Positions 13,900 to 27,152 of a DNA stretch of 64,000 nucleotides are shown piece by piece. A model generated the notes under the pieces. It was not told where the DNA came from and did not search any database. It saw nothing but the letters and a program-made list of their open reading frames with translations. The position numbers and the translations under genes are program-made. Numbering within the stretch: the first letter of the stretch is position 1; the number at the start of each line of letters is the position of its first letter. The stretch comes from Haliotis rubra (taxonomy: Eukaryota), in assembly GCF_003918875.1 (NCBI RefSeq), contig NW_025766903.1, forward strand, positions 372,001 through 436,000, read 5' to 3'.

Positions 13900-15180
13900 T
13901 CACTTGCCCGCTAAAGTGTAGAGGCGTGTCACTTGTACACTAAGGCGTAGAGGCGTGTATCTTGTCCACTAAGGTTTCGAAGGCGTGTCACTTGTACACT
14001 AAAGTGTAGAGGCGTGTCACTTGTACACTAAAGTGTAGAGGAGTGTCACTTGTACACTAAAGTGTAGAGGCGTGTCACTTGTCCACTAAGGTGTAGAGGC
14101 GTGTATCTTGTCCACTAAGGTTCCGAAGGCGTGTCACTTGTACACTAAAGTGTAGAGGCGTGTCACTTGTACACTAAAGTGTAGAGGCGTGTCACTTGTA
14201 CACTAAAGTGTAGAGGCGTGTCACTTGTCCACTGAGGTGTAGAGGCGAGTCACTTGTCCACTAAGGTTCCGAAGACGTGTCACTTGTACACTAAAGTGTA
14301 GAGGCGTGTCACTTGTTCACGAAAGTGTAGAAGCGTGTCACTTGTCCTCTAAGGTGTAGAGGCGTGTCACTTGTCCACAATGGTGTAGAGGCGTGTCACT
14401 TGTCCACTAAGGTGTAGAGGCGTGTCACTTGTCCACTAAGGTTTAGAAAGCGTGTCACTTGTCCAGTAAGGTGTAGAGGCGTGTCACTTGTCCTCTGAGG
14501 TGTAGAGGCGTGTCACTTGTCCAATAAAGTGTAGAGGCGTGTCACTTGCCCACTAAGGTGTAGAGGCGTGTCACTTGTCCACTAAGGTTTAGACTGACTG
14601 ACTGACTGAGTTTTGTTTTACGCCGCTTTTAGCAATATTCAAGCAATATCACGGCGGGGGACACCAGAAATGGGCTTCACTCATTGTACTCATGTGGGGA
14701 TTCGAACCCGGGTCTTCGGCGTGATGAGCCAACGCTTTAACCATTAGGCTACCCCACCGCCCCTCTAAGGTTTAAAAGGCGTGCTACTTGTGCGCTATGG
14801 TTCACAAGGCGTGTCACTTATGCGCTATGGTTGACAAACGTGTCACTTTCCCACTAAGGTGTAGAGGCATGATACTTGTCCACTAAGTTGCAAGAGACGT
14901 GTCTCTTGTCCACTAAGGTTTAGAAGGCGTATCACTTGCCACATTGGTGTAGAGGCGTGTCTCTTGTCCACCAAGGTTTAGAAGGCGTGCTACTTGCCCA
15001 CTAAGGTTTAGAAGGCGTGTCACTTTTTCATTAAGGTGTAAAGGCGTGTCACTTGTCCACCAAGGTTTGGAAGGCGTGTTACGTGTACACTAAGGTGTAG
15101 AGGCGTGTCACTTGTTCACAAAGGCATAGAAGGCATGTCACTTGTTTACTAAGGTTTACTTGTCCACTAAGGTGAAGAAG
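13900..15180. repeat. 29-bp minisatellite (GTGTAGAGGCGTGTCACTTGTACACTAAA), interrupted by a SINE
   Basis: Direct inspection. Confidence 0.95.
14592..14764 (-). mobile_element. tRNA-derived SINE (family A), full length
   Basis: A box TAGCCTAATGG, B box GGTTCGAATCC on the minus strand; (AGTC)n tail; TSD CTAAGGTTTA. Confidence 0.9.
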
Positions 15181-15854
15181 TGTGTCGCTTATATTCAGCA
15201 CGCGTTTTCCCCCTTACATACAGGACGTACGCGTGTTACTTGTACAAGCAAACAATGCACCTGTCTGACCTTCACCTTCATATCAAAAATGACATGCACA
15301 TGTGCAAGGCCGTCTTAGGTAACCGTGATACACCATGCCAAACTGAAGACGTTACACGATGCCAAACTGAGGACGTTCCATTCACGGGAAGGACTTATTT
15401 TCAAGACTTAGCATAGTAAGTGTATACTTTCTGTCATTTCTTTATGAAAAATGTGTACCTTGTTGAGATTCAAGGGAAGGGTCGCTGGCAATATGCATGT
15501 TAAGTCGGGGTCAGTTCTATCTTTGGTTGGAAGTATTGTTCTGACTGGCTGCTTGTTTCTGGGGATGGTCGAGGTGTTTCCCGCATCACATGCAGCTTGC
15601 TTTGTCAACACGCTGATGTCAGATGTTGATGTCAGTTGCGACATTGCCTGTATTATTTGATTCAAGGCAATTCTGGCAACTACATGTGTTGTCCCTGACC
15701 GCCATACCACGTGGTACAGCGGACATGCCTACAGGCATGACACATACATTGGTAATGTCAACCAGAGAATGGGACAGTTTCAGAGCTAAATGTTAGACAC
15801 AGCAATAGGGTACATGTACAGTTATATGTTCGTCATGTTCGGCAGCATCGAGGA

Positions 15855-17050
15855 GGTTAAAACGTGTATTCTACATGTACCTCTAGCATTAAGGAGGTTA
15901 AGACGTGTGTTCTACATGTACTTATAGCAACGAAGGCGTTAAGACGTGTGTTCTACATGTTCTTATTAAGGCAAAGAGGTTAAGACGTGTGTTCTACATG
16001 TTCTTATAAAGGCAAAGAGGTTAAGACGTGTGCTCTACGTGTACCTCTAGCATTAAGGTTAAGACGTTTGTTCTACATGTAGTTATAGCAACGAAGGCGT
16101 TAAGACATGCATTGTACATGTACCTCTATCATTAAGGTTAAGACTTGTGTTCTACATGTACCTCTATCATTAAGGTTAAGACTTGTGTTCTACATGTACC
16201 TCTATCATTAAGGTTAAGTCGTGTGTTCTACATGTACTTATAGCAACGAAGGGGTTAAGACGTGTACTGTACATGTACCTCTATCATTAAGGTTAAGACG
16301 TGTGTTCTACATGTACTTATAGCAACGAAGGGGTTAAGACGTGTATTGTACATGTACCTCTATCATTAAGGTTAAGACGTGTACTGTACATGTACCTCTA
16401 TCATTAAGGTTAAGTCGTGTGTTCTACATGTACTTATAGCAACGAAGGGGTTAAGACGTGTATTGTACATGTACCTCTAGCATTAAGGAGGTTAAGACGT
16501 GTGTTCTACATGTACTTATAGCAACGAAGGGGTTAAGACGTGTACTGTACATGTACCTCTATCATTAAGGTTAAGACGTGTGTTCTACATGTACTTATAG
16601 CAACGAAGGGGTTAAGACGTGTATTGTACATGTACCTCTAGCATTAAGGAGGTTAAGACGTGTGTTCTACATGTACTTATAGCAGCGAAGGGGTTAAGAC
16701 GTGTACTGTACATGTACCTCTATCATTAAGGTTAAGTCGTGTGTTCTACATGTACTTATAGCAACGAAGGGGTTAAGACGTGTATTGTACATGTACCTCT
16801 AGCATTAAGGAGGTTAAGACGTGTGTTCTACATGTACTTATAGCAACGAAGGGGTTAAGACGTGTACTGTACATGTACCTCTATCATTAAGGTTAAGACG
16901 TGTACTGTACATGTACCTCTATCATTAAGGTTAAGACGTGTACTGTACATGTACCTCTATCATTAAGGTTAAGACGTGTGTTCTTCATTTTCTTATAAAG
17001 GCAAAGAGGTTAAGTCGTGTGTTCTTCGTGTACATCTAGCGTTAAGGTTA
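15855..17050. repeat. 38-41-bp minisatellite with two alternating unit types
   Basis: GGTTAAGACGTGT..TACATGTAC followed alternately by TTATAGCAACGAAG or CTCTATCATTAA. Confidence 0.9.
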
Positions 17051-17879
17051 AGAAAAAAAATTTGAATGCCATACAGGCGCCAACGGTGTGACGTAATGTG
17101 TTCTATGTTTACTGGAGGCATAATTCGGTCAATTGAAATGGGCTGAAAGGACACAGGGAGACAGGAGGAACATACTCCGCGCACCGCGCTGTCGAACATT
17201 CCCTGGATGGAGCTGTCAACCCGAATATCTCATAACAAATGTCTGAATACAACTACAGTCATAGAATGCACATTATACGCCGTGTTTTCTGGGTCTATTG
17301 TGCTTCCAACGTTCGCACGTTACGCGTGTGGCCATATATATGTTTCTGCAGCTGTGCGAGTCCACTGGCGGTTTGACAAGCCCTACAGGTATTTGCCGTC
17401 GTCTTCAGTACAGCGACCCCGACACGGGGCACACTGATCCACGGTAGACATCGTTGTGCCGGTATTAGGTCCGATACACCAAGTACATGGCGTGCGATAC
17501 TGATCAAAATGGGATGAAAATAACATATGAGATCACTTGTCCATGTTGGAATGCATGTTGATTGAATGTGAGTGTATTTATAGTGTACGTGTGTTGCTTG
17601 CCTGACACACGTGCCCGCATCCCTACTCGGTGGTACTTCTCACAGTGCGCGTGAACGAGAAAACCTACATTCACAGACATTTTACACACGGGATACTGAG
17701 TCGCAGATCGTCGTCAAGGATTATTAAAGCTTACAGTTTCATACTAACTTTGACCATTCAAATCTGTAGCCGTTTGTGACCAGCTGGGGTCATCACTAAT
17801 TTTCACAGATCCAATTAAACTACAATTAGTACATATATCGTGTTTTGTCCCTATTGGGAAACACGGACTGGTTATTCTC

Positions 17880-18120
17880 CAGTATTGATGTGTTATATAC
17901 TGACTGACTCTAAGTATTGATGTGTTATATACTGACTGACTATAAGTAATATAAATGACTGACATTGATGTTATATAATGACTTACTATAAGTATTGATG
18001 TGTTATATAATGACTGACTATAAGTATTGATGTGTTATATATATAATGACTGACTATAAGTATTGATGTGTTATATAATGACTGACTATAATGTGTTATA
18101 TAATGGCTTAAGTATTGATG
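17880..18120. repeat. About 32-bp degenerate minisatellite (TAAGTATTGATGTGTTATATA..GACTGAC)
   Basis: Direct inspection. Confidence 0.85.
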
Positions 18121-19647
18121 GCATCTCTCAGTAACAAGTAAGTCAAAGTGTGGTATAAAACGATTGGTACAGGAAGCAGTCATATTCGATAACCCATACA
18201 GGGCCACAGTTTCATAAATAAATTGGACCGAGACATACAGATAATACACGATGTGCACCAGGAAGTTTAACCCTGTGTTTGGATGCATCGTGTCAGAATC
18301 GTTGCACACCAATAAATATAAAACAATTTATAATGTTATAGGTTTTTTAGCAGCGTATTTGTTGTACGACTTGTGACTTACATATCAGCGTACGATAAAA
18401 TCTGTTCCGTTATCATAAGTGATTTAAGCAATAACATTGTCCATTGTAGGATTATATTTGTTAAAATGTTACATCGGTTTAATGCAATACGTCGATAACG
18501 TCTGGGTTAAAATTTCCTGAGCCAAACAGGAAACTTCCGTCTTGGGTAAAGCGGATCCCTTCTCCATAATGTGTTCATGTGTGTTGGTGTGCAAGTCACT
18601 CTAAGCAAAAACTGTGTTTACTGACGCTTGCTTACAAATCCAGTTTGTGCATTTTAAGCAGATATCCAACCGTCTGAAGGTCTGGAGAAGTATGAATACA
18701 TTACATGTTGTACAGAGACCTACTCTCCTTTCTGTTTCCACTGCCCCATTGGTTAATTGAAGAATTTAATCCTAAAAAGACATGGACATACATGGACATA
18801 TACTGACGTTTTATGGTAGCCTTTGCACATTACATGTAGTTTTGATCAGCATACAGTGCAAACAGTATAAAACAAATAACCTTAGATAATGAAGGATCAA
18901 AGGCGTATGTACGTCTTTGTGAAGGATCTATCAATACGATAACATGTTTCAAAATAACGGGACGCCCATCTTTACCTCACTCAGTAAAATATGCAAATAT
19001 GATTCTGGGGAACAAAAGTCGCCACCTGCGGCGTTACACAATGATCACTTAGTCACTATTAAGATATGGTTATGTTGAATTTTTACAATGCGAGCATGAA
19101 AGGAAAGCGACATACGGTTGGTGACGTTCTAATGCCCGTTGCAGCTTTGCAGTTCCTTAGTCCTGTCAAAATAACAAGAACGTGCATTAGAATACATTTT
19201 GTTCAAATGTGGGTTTGGAAACCCGATGACCCCCAAGTTGACAAGTGGGTTCAACAATTGTACACCTTCTTGTTCTGCATTTACTGGGACACATTTTATG
19301 TATTGTCCACTTGTCCAAGAAAAAATGAGTGACGCATGGTAGGCAAAGACACCAAAGTTGTTTTGTACTGACAGTTCATGAAGCTACAAGAGGTCCAAAG
19401 TGTTAGCTTACAATAACACAGTCATCTGAATGATTTTGCTGTGACGACCAGTTGTATAATTCAGCCTACAAGACAACACCATGCTGACGCTCACAACACA
19501 CAACACATGTGTTTACCTAAGAATACAGTGGCACACATTTTCAAATCAGCGTTTTGTTTGGTTTAAATGGTCAAGCATTGGAAAGCAAACGGAAATGGAA
19601 AAGTAGAACGGGGAAATATGTTATAACTTTGTGGACGTGTAGACATG

Positions 19648-22482
19648 TTTCTAGTGCAGTAAACGGTTTTACCTTCGTAAACGGTTCTAGTGTAGTAAAC
19701 GGTAGTAGTGCAGTAAACGGTTCTAGTGTAGTAAACGGTTCTAGTGCAGTAAACTGTTCTAGTGCAGTAAACGGTGGTAGTGCAGTAAACGGTGCTAGTG
19801 TAGTAAACGGTAGTAGTGCAGTAAACGGTTCTAGTGCAGTCAGCGGTTCTAGTGCAGTAAACGGTTCTAGTGCAGTAAAAGCAGTTTCTGTTGTAAACGG
19901 TAGTAAACGGTAGTAGTGCAGTAAACGGTTCTAGTGCAGTAAACGGTAGTAGTGCAGTAAACGGTTCTAGTGCAGTAAGCGGTTCTAGTGCAGTAAACGG
20001 TTCTAGTGCAGTAAACGGTAGTAGTGCAGTAAACGGTTCTAGTGTAGTAAACGGTTCTAGTGCAGTAAGCGGTTCTAGTGTAGTAAACGGTAGTAGTGCA
20101 GTAAACGGTTCTACTGTAGTGCAGTAAACGGTAGTAGTGCAGTAAACGGTTCTAGTGCAGTAAACGGTTCTAGTGCAGTAAACGGTTCTAGTGCAGTAAA
20201 CGGTAGTAGTGCAGTAAACGGTTCTAGTGCAGTAAACGGTTCTAGTGCAGTAAACGGTGGTAGTGCAGTAAACGGTGGTAGTGCAGTAAACGGTTCTAGT
20301 GTAAACAGTAAACGGTTCTAGTGCATTAAACGGTAGTAGTGCAGTAAACGGTTCTAGTGCAGTAAACGGTTGTAGTGCAGTAAATGGCAGTAGTGTAGTA
20401 AACGGTCCTAGTGCAGTAAACGGTTCTAGTGCAGTAAACTGTTCCAGTGCATTAAACGGTGGTAGTGCAGTAAACTGTTCTAGTGCAGTAAACGGTTCTA
20501 GTGCACTAAACGTTGCTAGTGCAGTAAACGGTGCTAGTGCAGTAAACGGTTCTAGTGCAGTAAACGGTTCTAGTGCAGTAAACGGTTCTAGTGCAGTAAA
20601 CGGTAGTAGTGCAGTAAACGGTTCTAGTGCAGTAAACGGTTCTAGTGCAGTAAACGGTTCTAGTGCAGTAAACGGTTCTAGTGCAGTAAATGGCAGTAGT
20701 GTAGTAAACGGTCCTAGTGCAGTAAACGGTTCTAGTGCAGTAAACGGTTCCAGTGCATTAAACGGTTCTAGTGCAGTAAACTGTTCTAGTGCATTAAACG
20801 GTGCTAGTGCAGTAAACGGTTCTAGTGCAGTAAACGTTTGTAGTGCAGTAAACGGTCCTAGTGCAGCAAACGGTTGTAGTGCAGTAAACGGTTCTAGTGC
20901 AGTAAACGGTTCTACCTTAGTAAACGGTTCTAATGCAGTAAACGGTTCTAGTGCAGTAAATGGCAGTAGTGCAGTAAACGGTCCTAGTGCAGTAAACGGT
21001 TCTAGTGCAGTAAACAGTTCCAGTGCATTAAACGGTGGTAGTGCAGTAAACTGTTCTAGTGCAATAAACGGTGGTAGTGCAGTAAACGGTTCTACCTTAG
21101 TAAAACGGTTCTAGTGTAGTAAACGGTAGTAGTGCAGTAAACGGTTCTAGTGCAGGAAACGGTCCTAGTGCAGTAAACGGTTCTAGTGCAGTAAACTGTT
21201 CTAGTGCAGTAAACGGTGGTAGTGCAGTAAACGGTTCTAGTGAAGTAAACGGTTCTAGTGTAGTAAACGGTTCTAGTGCAGTAAACAGTAGTAGTGCAGT
21301 AAACGGTTCTAGTGTAGTAAACGGTTCTAGTGCAGTAAACGGTTCTAGTGTAGTAAACGGTAGTAGTGCAGTAAACGGTTCTACTGGAGTAAGCGGTTCT
21401 AGTGCAGTAAACGGTTCTAGTGTAGTAAACGGTAGTAGTGCAGTAAACGGTTCTAGTGTAGTAAACGGTTCTAGTGCAGTAAGCGGTTCTAGTGTAGTAA
21501 ACGGTAGTAGTGCAGTAAACTGTTCTACTGTAGTAAACGGTAGTAGTGCAGTAAACGGTTCTAGTGCAGTAAGCGGTTCTAGTGCAGTAAACGGTAGTAG
21601 TGTAGTAAACGGTTCTAGTGCAGTAAACGGTTCTAGTGCAGTAAACGGTGGTAGTGCAGTAAACGGTAGTAGTGCAGTAAACGGTTCTAGTGCATTAAAC
21701 GGTAGTAGTGCAGTAAACGGTTCTAGTGTAGTAAACGGTAGTAGTGCAGTAAACGGTAGTAGTGCAGTAAACGGTTCTAGTGCAGTAAACGGTTCTAGTG
21801 CAGTAAACGGTAGTAGTGCAGTAAACGGTTCTAGTGCAGTATACGGTTCTAGTGCAGTAAACGGTTCTACCTTAGTAAACGGTTCTAGTGCTGTAAACGG
21901 TAGTAGTGCAGTAAACGGTTCTAGTGTAGTAAACGGTCCTAGTGCAGTAAACGGTTCTAGTGCAGTAAACTGTTCTAGTGTAGTAAACGGTGGTAGTGTA
22001 GTAAACTGTTCTAGTGCAGTAAACTGTTCCAGTGCAGTAAACGGTTCTAGTGCAGTTAACTGTTCCAGTGCAGTAAACGGTGCTAGTGCAGTAAACGGTT
22101 CTAGTACAGTAAACGGTAGTAGTGCAGTAAACTGTTCCAGTGCACTAAACGGTTCTAGTGCAGTAAACGATCCTAGTGCAGTAAACGGTCCTAGTGCAGT
22201 AAACGGTGCTAATGCAGTAAACAGTAATAGTACAGTAGACCCTGTTAGTGCAGTAAACCCTGTTAGTGCAGTAAACTGTTCCAGTGCATTAAACGGTGCT
22301 TGTGCAAAGAACGGTGGTAGTGCAGTAAACGGTTCTAGTGCAGTAAACGGTGGTATTGCAGTAAACGGTTTTAGTGCAGTAAACGGTGGTAGTGCAGTAA
22401 ACAGTAATAGTGCAGTAAACGTTTCTAGGGCAAAAAACAGTCGTAGTGCAGAAAACGGTTCTAGAACAGTAAACGGTACTAG
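19648..22482. repeat. 18-bp satellite (GTTCTAGTGCAGTAAACG), about 2.8 kb
   Basis: Direct inspection. Confidence 0.97.
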
Positions 22483-23199
22483 TTTAGTTTTGTGAAAGTG
22501 CTGTTTTATTATTCAGAGAAATTAGGCGTTAAAATTAGACGACCCAAAGTAAGCAAAGTATCCGGTTTTCTTGACATACAAATATCATCAAACTATATAT
22601 AAACAAATTGAAATATTCCAGTACAGACTCAGACGCAAACACAGACACATATACAAGCGCAGACACATACAATAGTGGTTTATGAGACAAGCATTATTTC
22701 ACCACCAGCACCATATGTCTATTACGTAAGGAGGCCGCTGAGTCATTAACATAGTCTAAACAGGTATGAAGGGGTGAACGAAAATAGGTAACAATTTCTC
22801 AAAATGCATAGCATCTACCTGTCTACCTTCACAGATTATTTTACACCACCAATAGAATATATTTCAAACATAATAATAATTATATATGTATAACTGGATT
22901 GTCTTTACAATTTTGATACTGATTCTCTAGTTTTCTGGACTTTACTCTCATTTCTCGTGCATAATAGATAAAACGAGCTAGATTGGTAATGTCTTCACTT
23001 TTCTTCTTTGATTGGCATTCTTTGCTTGGCATTCTAGAAGTTGAGGAGATGAAGAATGAGGACTATTTTTATGAATATACAACTTCTTTATTCTGCATAG
23101 GCGACGTTTCGACGTCGATTCTACTGTCGTATTCAAGCAAGTGGTACATGAGAAGTAATAGATGAAGGATGAGGCGAAAATGAGTTGTTTATACAGTAG

Positions 23200-24490
23200 A
23201 AGAGTTGATAACAAAAGGGATCATGTACAATGGTTGAGTTGGGTTACATGAAATTAATTCAGCTAGTCTTCAGTTTTGTTTTGTTTAAGGATATTGCTAA
23301 AAGATGTCAGATCAACTGGCAAATTGCTATTCATAAATTTATCCGAAGTTCTTCATAAGCGGACATTTCAACAAATAGTGATATTCATCTTCTAAATCTA
23401 CTTTACATACAGGACGATTTGCCACCTTCCTACGTTATTCTTTAATAAGAATGGAATTTATATTCTAAATTGGAGGACAGATACACCCTTGGCTCAAGGA
23501 GACTCTTATATTCTATATATAGCTTATAACGTGAACTGTTTTCAATAGTTGATGTCTAATTGTGGTACAATATGCTAATCAAGCCGTCTTTAAATATGAG
23601 GATAAAAAGCACACTGATCTCGACAGCTTGTGGAAGCCAGACAAATCCAAAGCCGTGTGAGCAAAGTATATGACGGATCTCAGACGCCCATGTGTGGTAC
23701 CCAGCGGCGTCTAGTTAATACAACATATTATATGCCTTTTTCGGAATGGTCGAGAACTAGAACCAATGTTTCATCGTAAGAACATTGGAGAATATATAAA
23801 CTGGAAATCCACCACATTCTTCATAGAGGATCGCATTTGGTGTTTGCGGACCGACATTTAAGAATATTTTACATGCTGGTAAGTGATTTTCTTTCATTGC
23901 AATCATATCTTTTAACACACACACACACGCCAGTTTTCCTTGGCAGCTACTTTTCCACCTCTCCTAATACCTAGAACTTTATTTTTTAGAGTTGTTTAAA
24001 TTTACAGTTAATCTCCACTTATCTCCATACGATTCTAAAGTGTCCAGCTGGCACTGAAGACCACCAGTAGTATCGGACAGAGGAATTACGTCATCCGCAG
24101 ATAACAACATTAACATTTCAACTACCTCTGGAAACAATTGGATTCCACGTTTACCATAATTTTATTTTATATCAATAAAAACAAGGTATGACTTTTCCCT
24201 TTTTCTTCACAGATTTTTCCCGATGATAGCATACAATGTGAAGATATGGTCAACAAGTGAATAGCCCTGCCGAAATCCAGCTTGATATTTAAAAACTTTC
24301 TTCCATAACATTTGCCCATTTGTTAGTCCTTCATTTAAAGAATAAATCCTTCGATAATTATCGGGGTTATGTACATCGCCCTTTTCGTGCAAATCAACTG
24401 TAATTGCTTTCTCCACATTACAGTATGTCACGTCAAAATGACCAGAATTATTAATGAACCTGTGGCAAGTACAATAGAGACTCATCATTT
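23200..24490 (-). mobile_element. Highly decayed LINE RT fragment
   Basis: YQAGFRQGYSLVDHIFTL and LLSADDV on the minus strand. Confidence 0.75.
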
Positions 24491-24762
24491 GTCAAATGGC
24501 CCATCATTGAAAGGTGCTTATAACGATACCCCTGTTTCAAGAATAGATACTTCTGGAAAACGTATTAACGACAAGGCACGTCATTAGTACAGTTATGAAA
24601 ACACGATGACACACGTTGTATTTTTCCATGTCGTATGGGTCGTCGTTACAACGTGTTCACAATAATAACCAGCTACAGAGCATGAACTTGTTTCTGTATG
24701 CAGGTTAAACTAATGTTATAAACCGAACTAACTGATTTTGTATGGTTTGTTCAGGAACCATC

Positions 24763-25128
24763 ATGGCGACACCGTACAGCATCCAGACCGGGGAGGCCAA
24801 GACTCTCGGTGTGTCGGACTTCCTCGTGTGTGGAGCCTCCCTCGCCTTCACCCTGGGTATAGGGCTGGCATTTGCCATAAAGAGCAGGAAAAGCCAGGAC
24901 CCGTCAGAATTCCTCGTGGCCGGAAGGAGTATGGGCGTACTTCCGGTAACCTTGTCCTTGGTTGTCACGTTCATTTCAGCGTTGACCTTATTAGGATTAC
25001 CCACTGAGACGTACATCCACAGCACCATGTTCTGGTGGTTGGCCCTGGCTATGCTGGTCGCAGTGGCAGGTTCAGCTCACATCTTCAACCCGGTCCTGCA
25101 TAATCTCGGCATAACAAGCGCTTACGAG
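24763..25128 (+). CDS. SLC5 sodium-coupled monocarboxylate transporter-like gene 1, coding exon 1
   Basis: ATG 24763; EFLVAGRSM..PVTLSLVVTFISALTLLGLP.E SSF motifs; ends SAYE|gt; acceptor TTCAG at 24754 implies an upstream UTR exon. Confidence 0.95.
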
Positions 25129-25379
25129 GTAAAAACACATGCAGTATTTTGATACAAAAAGTGGATATATTAAATTATGCAAAATATGTATCATGATACA
25201 TGTAGTGTCGAAATGGCATGTTTATTTAAAATATTTAAACGATATTTCACTTCAAACTGAAATGGCATCATAAAATATCAGTTCATGCCGTGAGTACGTT
25301 CTGGGCGCGTCTATGACATATTTCAGACTGAATATTGAGAAGCTATACATACCATTGTACCGTCTATGCTAATCACTGC

Positions 25380-25461
25380 GCCATTTCTGGTGTCCCCCGC
25401 CGTGATGTTGCTGGAATATTGCTAAAAACGGCGTAAAACCAAACTCAGTCAGTCAGTCAGT
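25380..25461 (+). mobile_element. 5'-truncated SINE family A
   Basis: Body and tail match 14592 copy; TSD CTAATCACTGC. Confidence 0.85.
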
Positions 25462-25635
25462 CTAATCACTGCACACGTCGTCGCAAATAGTTGCACATTG
25501 CTGATGCAAAAGCCACTCACTCACTCCACTGTAACAAATGAAGTCGGTCCATACCCGAAGATGAACATAAGATCTATGATACGTTAACATGTTGTAGATT
25601 TTCTCGACGTTAAAAGTTAAACGTTTCCATTTCAG

Positions 25636-25701
25636 TATATGGAACTGCGATTTGGGGCGACTGTGAGACTGATCGTGTCCTTCTGCTGGTTGTTTCAAAC
25701 T
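25636..25701 (+). CDS. SLC5 gene 1 exon 2
   Basis: ag|YMELRFGATVRLIVSFCWLFQT|gtaagt, 66 bp. Confidence 0.92.
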
Positions 25702-25721
25702 GTAAGTTGTGACGATTGAAC

Positions 25722-25900
25722 GTGGCGTGGTGTGGTGGTGTGGTGGTGTGGTGGTGTGTGGCGTGGCGTGGCGTGGCGTGGCGTGGCGTGGCGTGGCGTG
25801 GCGTGGCGTGGCGTGGCGTGGCGTGGCGTGGCGTGGCGTAGTGGTATGTGGTGTGGTGTGGTGTGGTGTGGTGTGGTGTGGTGTTTGTGGTTGTGTGGTT
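25722..25900. repeat. (GTGGC)n/(GTGGT)n microsatellite
   Basis: Direct inspection. Confidence 0.95.
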
Positions 25901-26048
25901 GTGTGTTTATAGATTTTTGGAGGATAAATAATGTTTCAATCAAATGTAATGCATTTTCTTCTAGGAAATGTTTCTATTTCGGGCTGATACTAGAACCGAG
26001 GCTAACGTTGAGAAATGACAATGGAAATATGTTCCACTTGATTTTCAG

Positions 26049-26100
26049 ATGTTCTATTTAGGCAGTGTGCTGTACGCCCCATCGCTTGCATTGAAAACAT
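26049..26100 (+). CDS. SLC5 gene 1 exon 3
   Basis: ag|MFYLGSVLYAPSLALKT|gtaagt, 52 bp. Confidence 0.92.
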
Positions 26101-26371
26101 GTAAGTAACTGTGGTTACCTTTGTATCCTAATGCAGCATACAGGTAAGTCGATACCTCTAAACGGATTCATTATACGTACAGTCTTAATGAGGATACCTT
26201 GTGCTATAGGTTGCAAACACACGCACGCACACGTATACGTACGTGCAGACGCAGACGCACACAAGAAGTGAAGTGAGAGAAATGCGGTTACTAGAGTCAC
26301 CTGTGAGGTCTCAGTTCTGGGCTGTCAGCAATGGTATGCACGTGTTTACATTCCTTCTGTAACTGTTTCAG

Positions 26372-26439
26372 TTTCTGGTCTGGACATGTGGGTGTCTATA
26401 CTGTCGGTGGGCTGCCTGGTCACTCTCTACACGTCAGTG
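26372..26439 (+). CDS. SLC5 gene 1 exon 4
   Basis: SGLDMWVSILSVGCLVTLYTSV|gtaag, 68 bp, phase-compatible. Confidence 0.92.
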
Positions 26440-26663
26440 GTAAGATACGCCTCATGTACGTATGTGTTAATGGACATACGTGTTTACGTAAAAGCGTAAT
26501 GTTATGACTGAAGTTGCGCCTGTAAGTGTGAAAGTTACTGCCTGTGTATGTCTGTGTGAGTGTTCCAATTATCAGATGTTGACGAAATTGTTGAAACACA
26601 CGAGCCCCTTTGGTGTTGACAAACCTAGCAATATTCCGGATTAGCCAGTTTCTCTGCGCAGGG

Positions 26664-26815
26664 NNNNNNNNNNNNNNNNNNNNNNNNNNNNNNNNNNNNN
26701 NNNNNNNNNNNNNNNNNNNNNNNNNNNNNNNNNNNNNNNNNNNNNNNNNNNNNNNNNNNNNNNNNNNNNNNNNNNNNNNNNNNNNNNNNNNNNNNNNNNN
26801 NNNNNNNNNNNNNNN
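26664..26815. other. Assembly gap (N run) in intron 4
   Basis: Ns in sequence. Confidence 1.
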
Positions 26816-26997
26816 TGTCTCTGTGGATCGCAGGCAATGGTGTCGATGACATTTGTCAATCCGGTTTCGCCATTCGATGTAGGGGTAGGGTTTTATATAT
26901 ATATATGCAGACGCCATGTTTACATGCTTTTCTTCACTACTGAACCAATGTGAAGTTCTTTGTTCTTTCCATCCGTCTTGTGTATATATTTTGTCAG

Positions 26998-27152
26998 GGA
27001 GGAATGAAGGCTGTTCTGTGGACCGACAGTTTCCAGGCTGTCATCATATTGGTTGGCCTCCTGTCTGTGGTGATCCAAGGATCAATCGTGGTGGGAGGGT
27101 TCGGAAGGGCGTGGGAGGTTGCCAGCCAACACTCCAGGATAAACTTCCAAGA
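26998..27152 (+). CDS. SLC5 gene 1 exon 5
   Basis: GGMKAVLWTDSFQ signature, 155 bp, AG/GT. Confidence 0.95.

Larger units (their letters stand above)
12461..19500 (-). pseudogene. Putative decayed multi-exon gene with repeated Cys-containing (PAN/apple-like) domains
   Basis: Phase-compatible minus-strand exons 17735-17850, 17602-17664, 17383-17499, with similar peptide blocks at 18380-18681, 15619-15728, about 15230-15343; in-frame stops; outer limits uncertain. Confidence 0.5.

Noticed and set aside
14690-14764. tRNA gene
   Set aside because: It is the tRNA-like head of a TSD-flanked SINE
17383-18681. Three in-frame TAG codons in the hidden gene suggesting recoding or readthrough
   Set aside because: TGA/TAA stops and frameshifts also occur in related blocks, and TAG is plausibly an ordinary stop elsewhere; decay is the simpler explanation
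19554-19913. ORF with repeated VNGSSA (many NGS sequons)
   Set aside because: Translation of the 18-bp satellite; frame breaks within the array and no splice support
23085-23150. Minimal hammerhead-like motif on the minus strand (TTGAATA-CGAC..GTC-GAAACGTC, then AATAAA)
   Set aside because: Core deviates from CUGANGA and breaks the 3-8 pair; at most a dead Penelope-like terminal remnant
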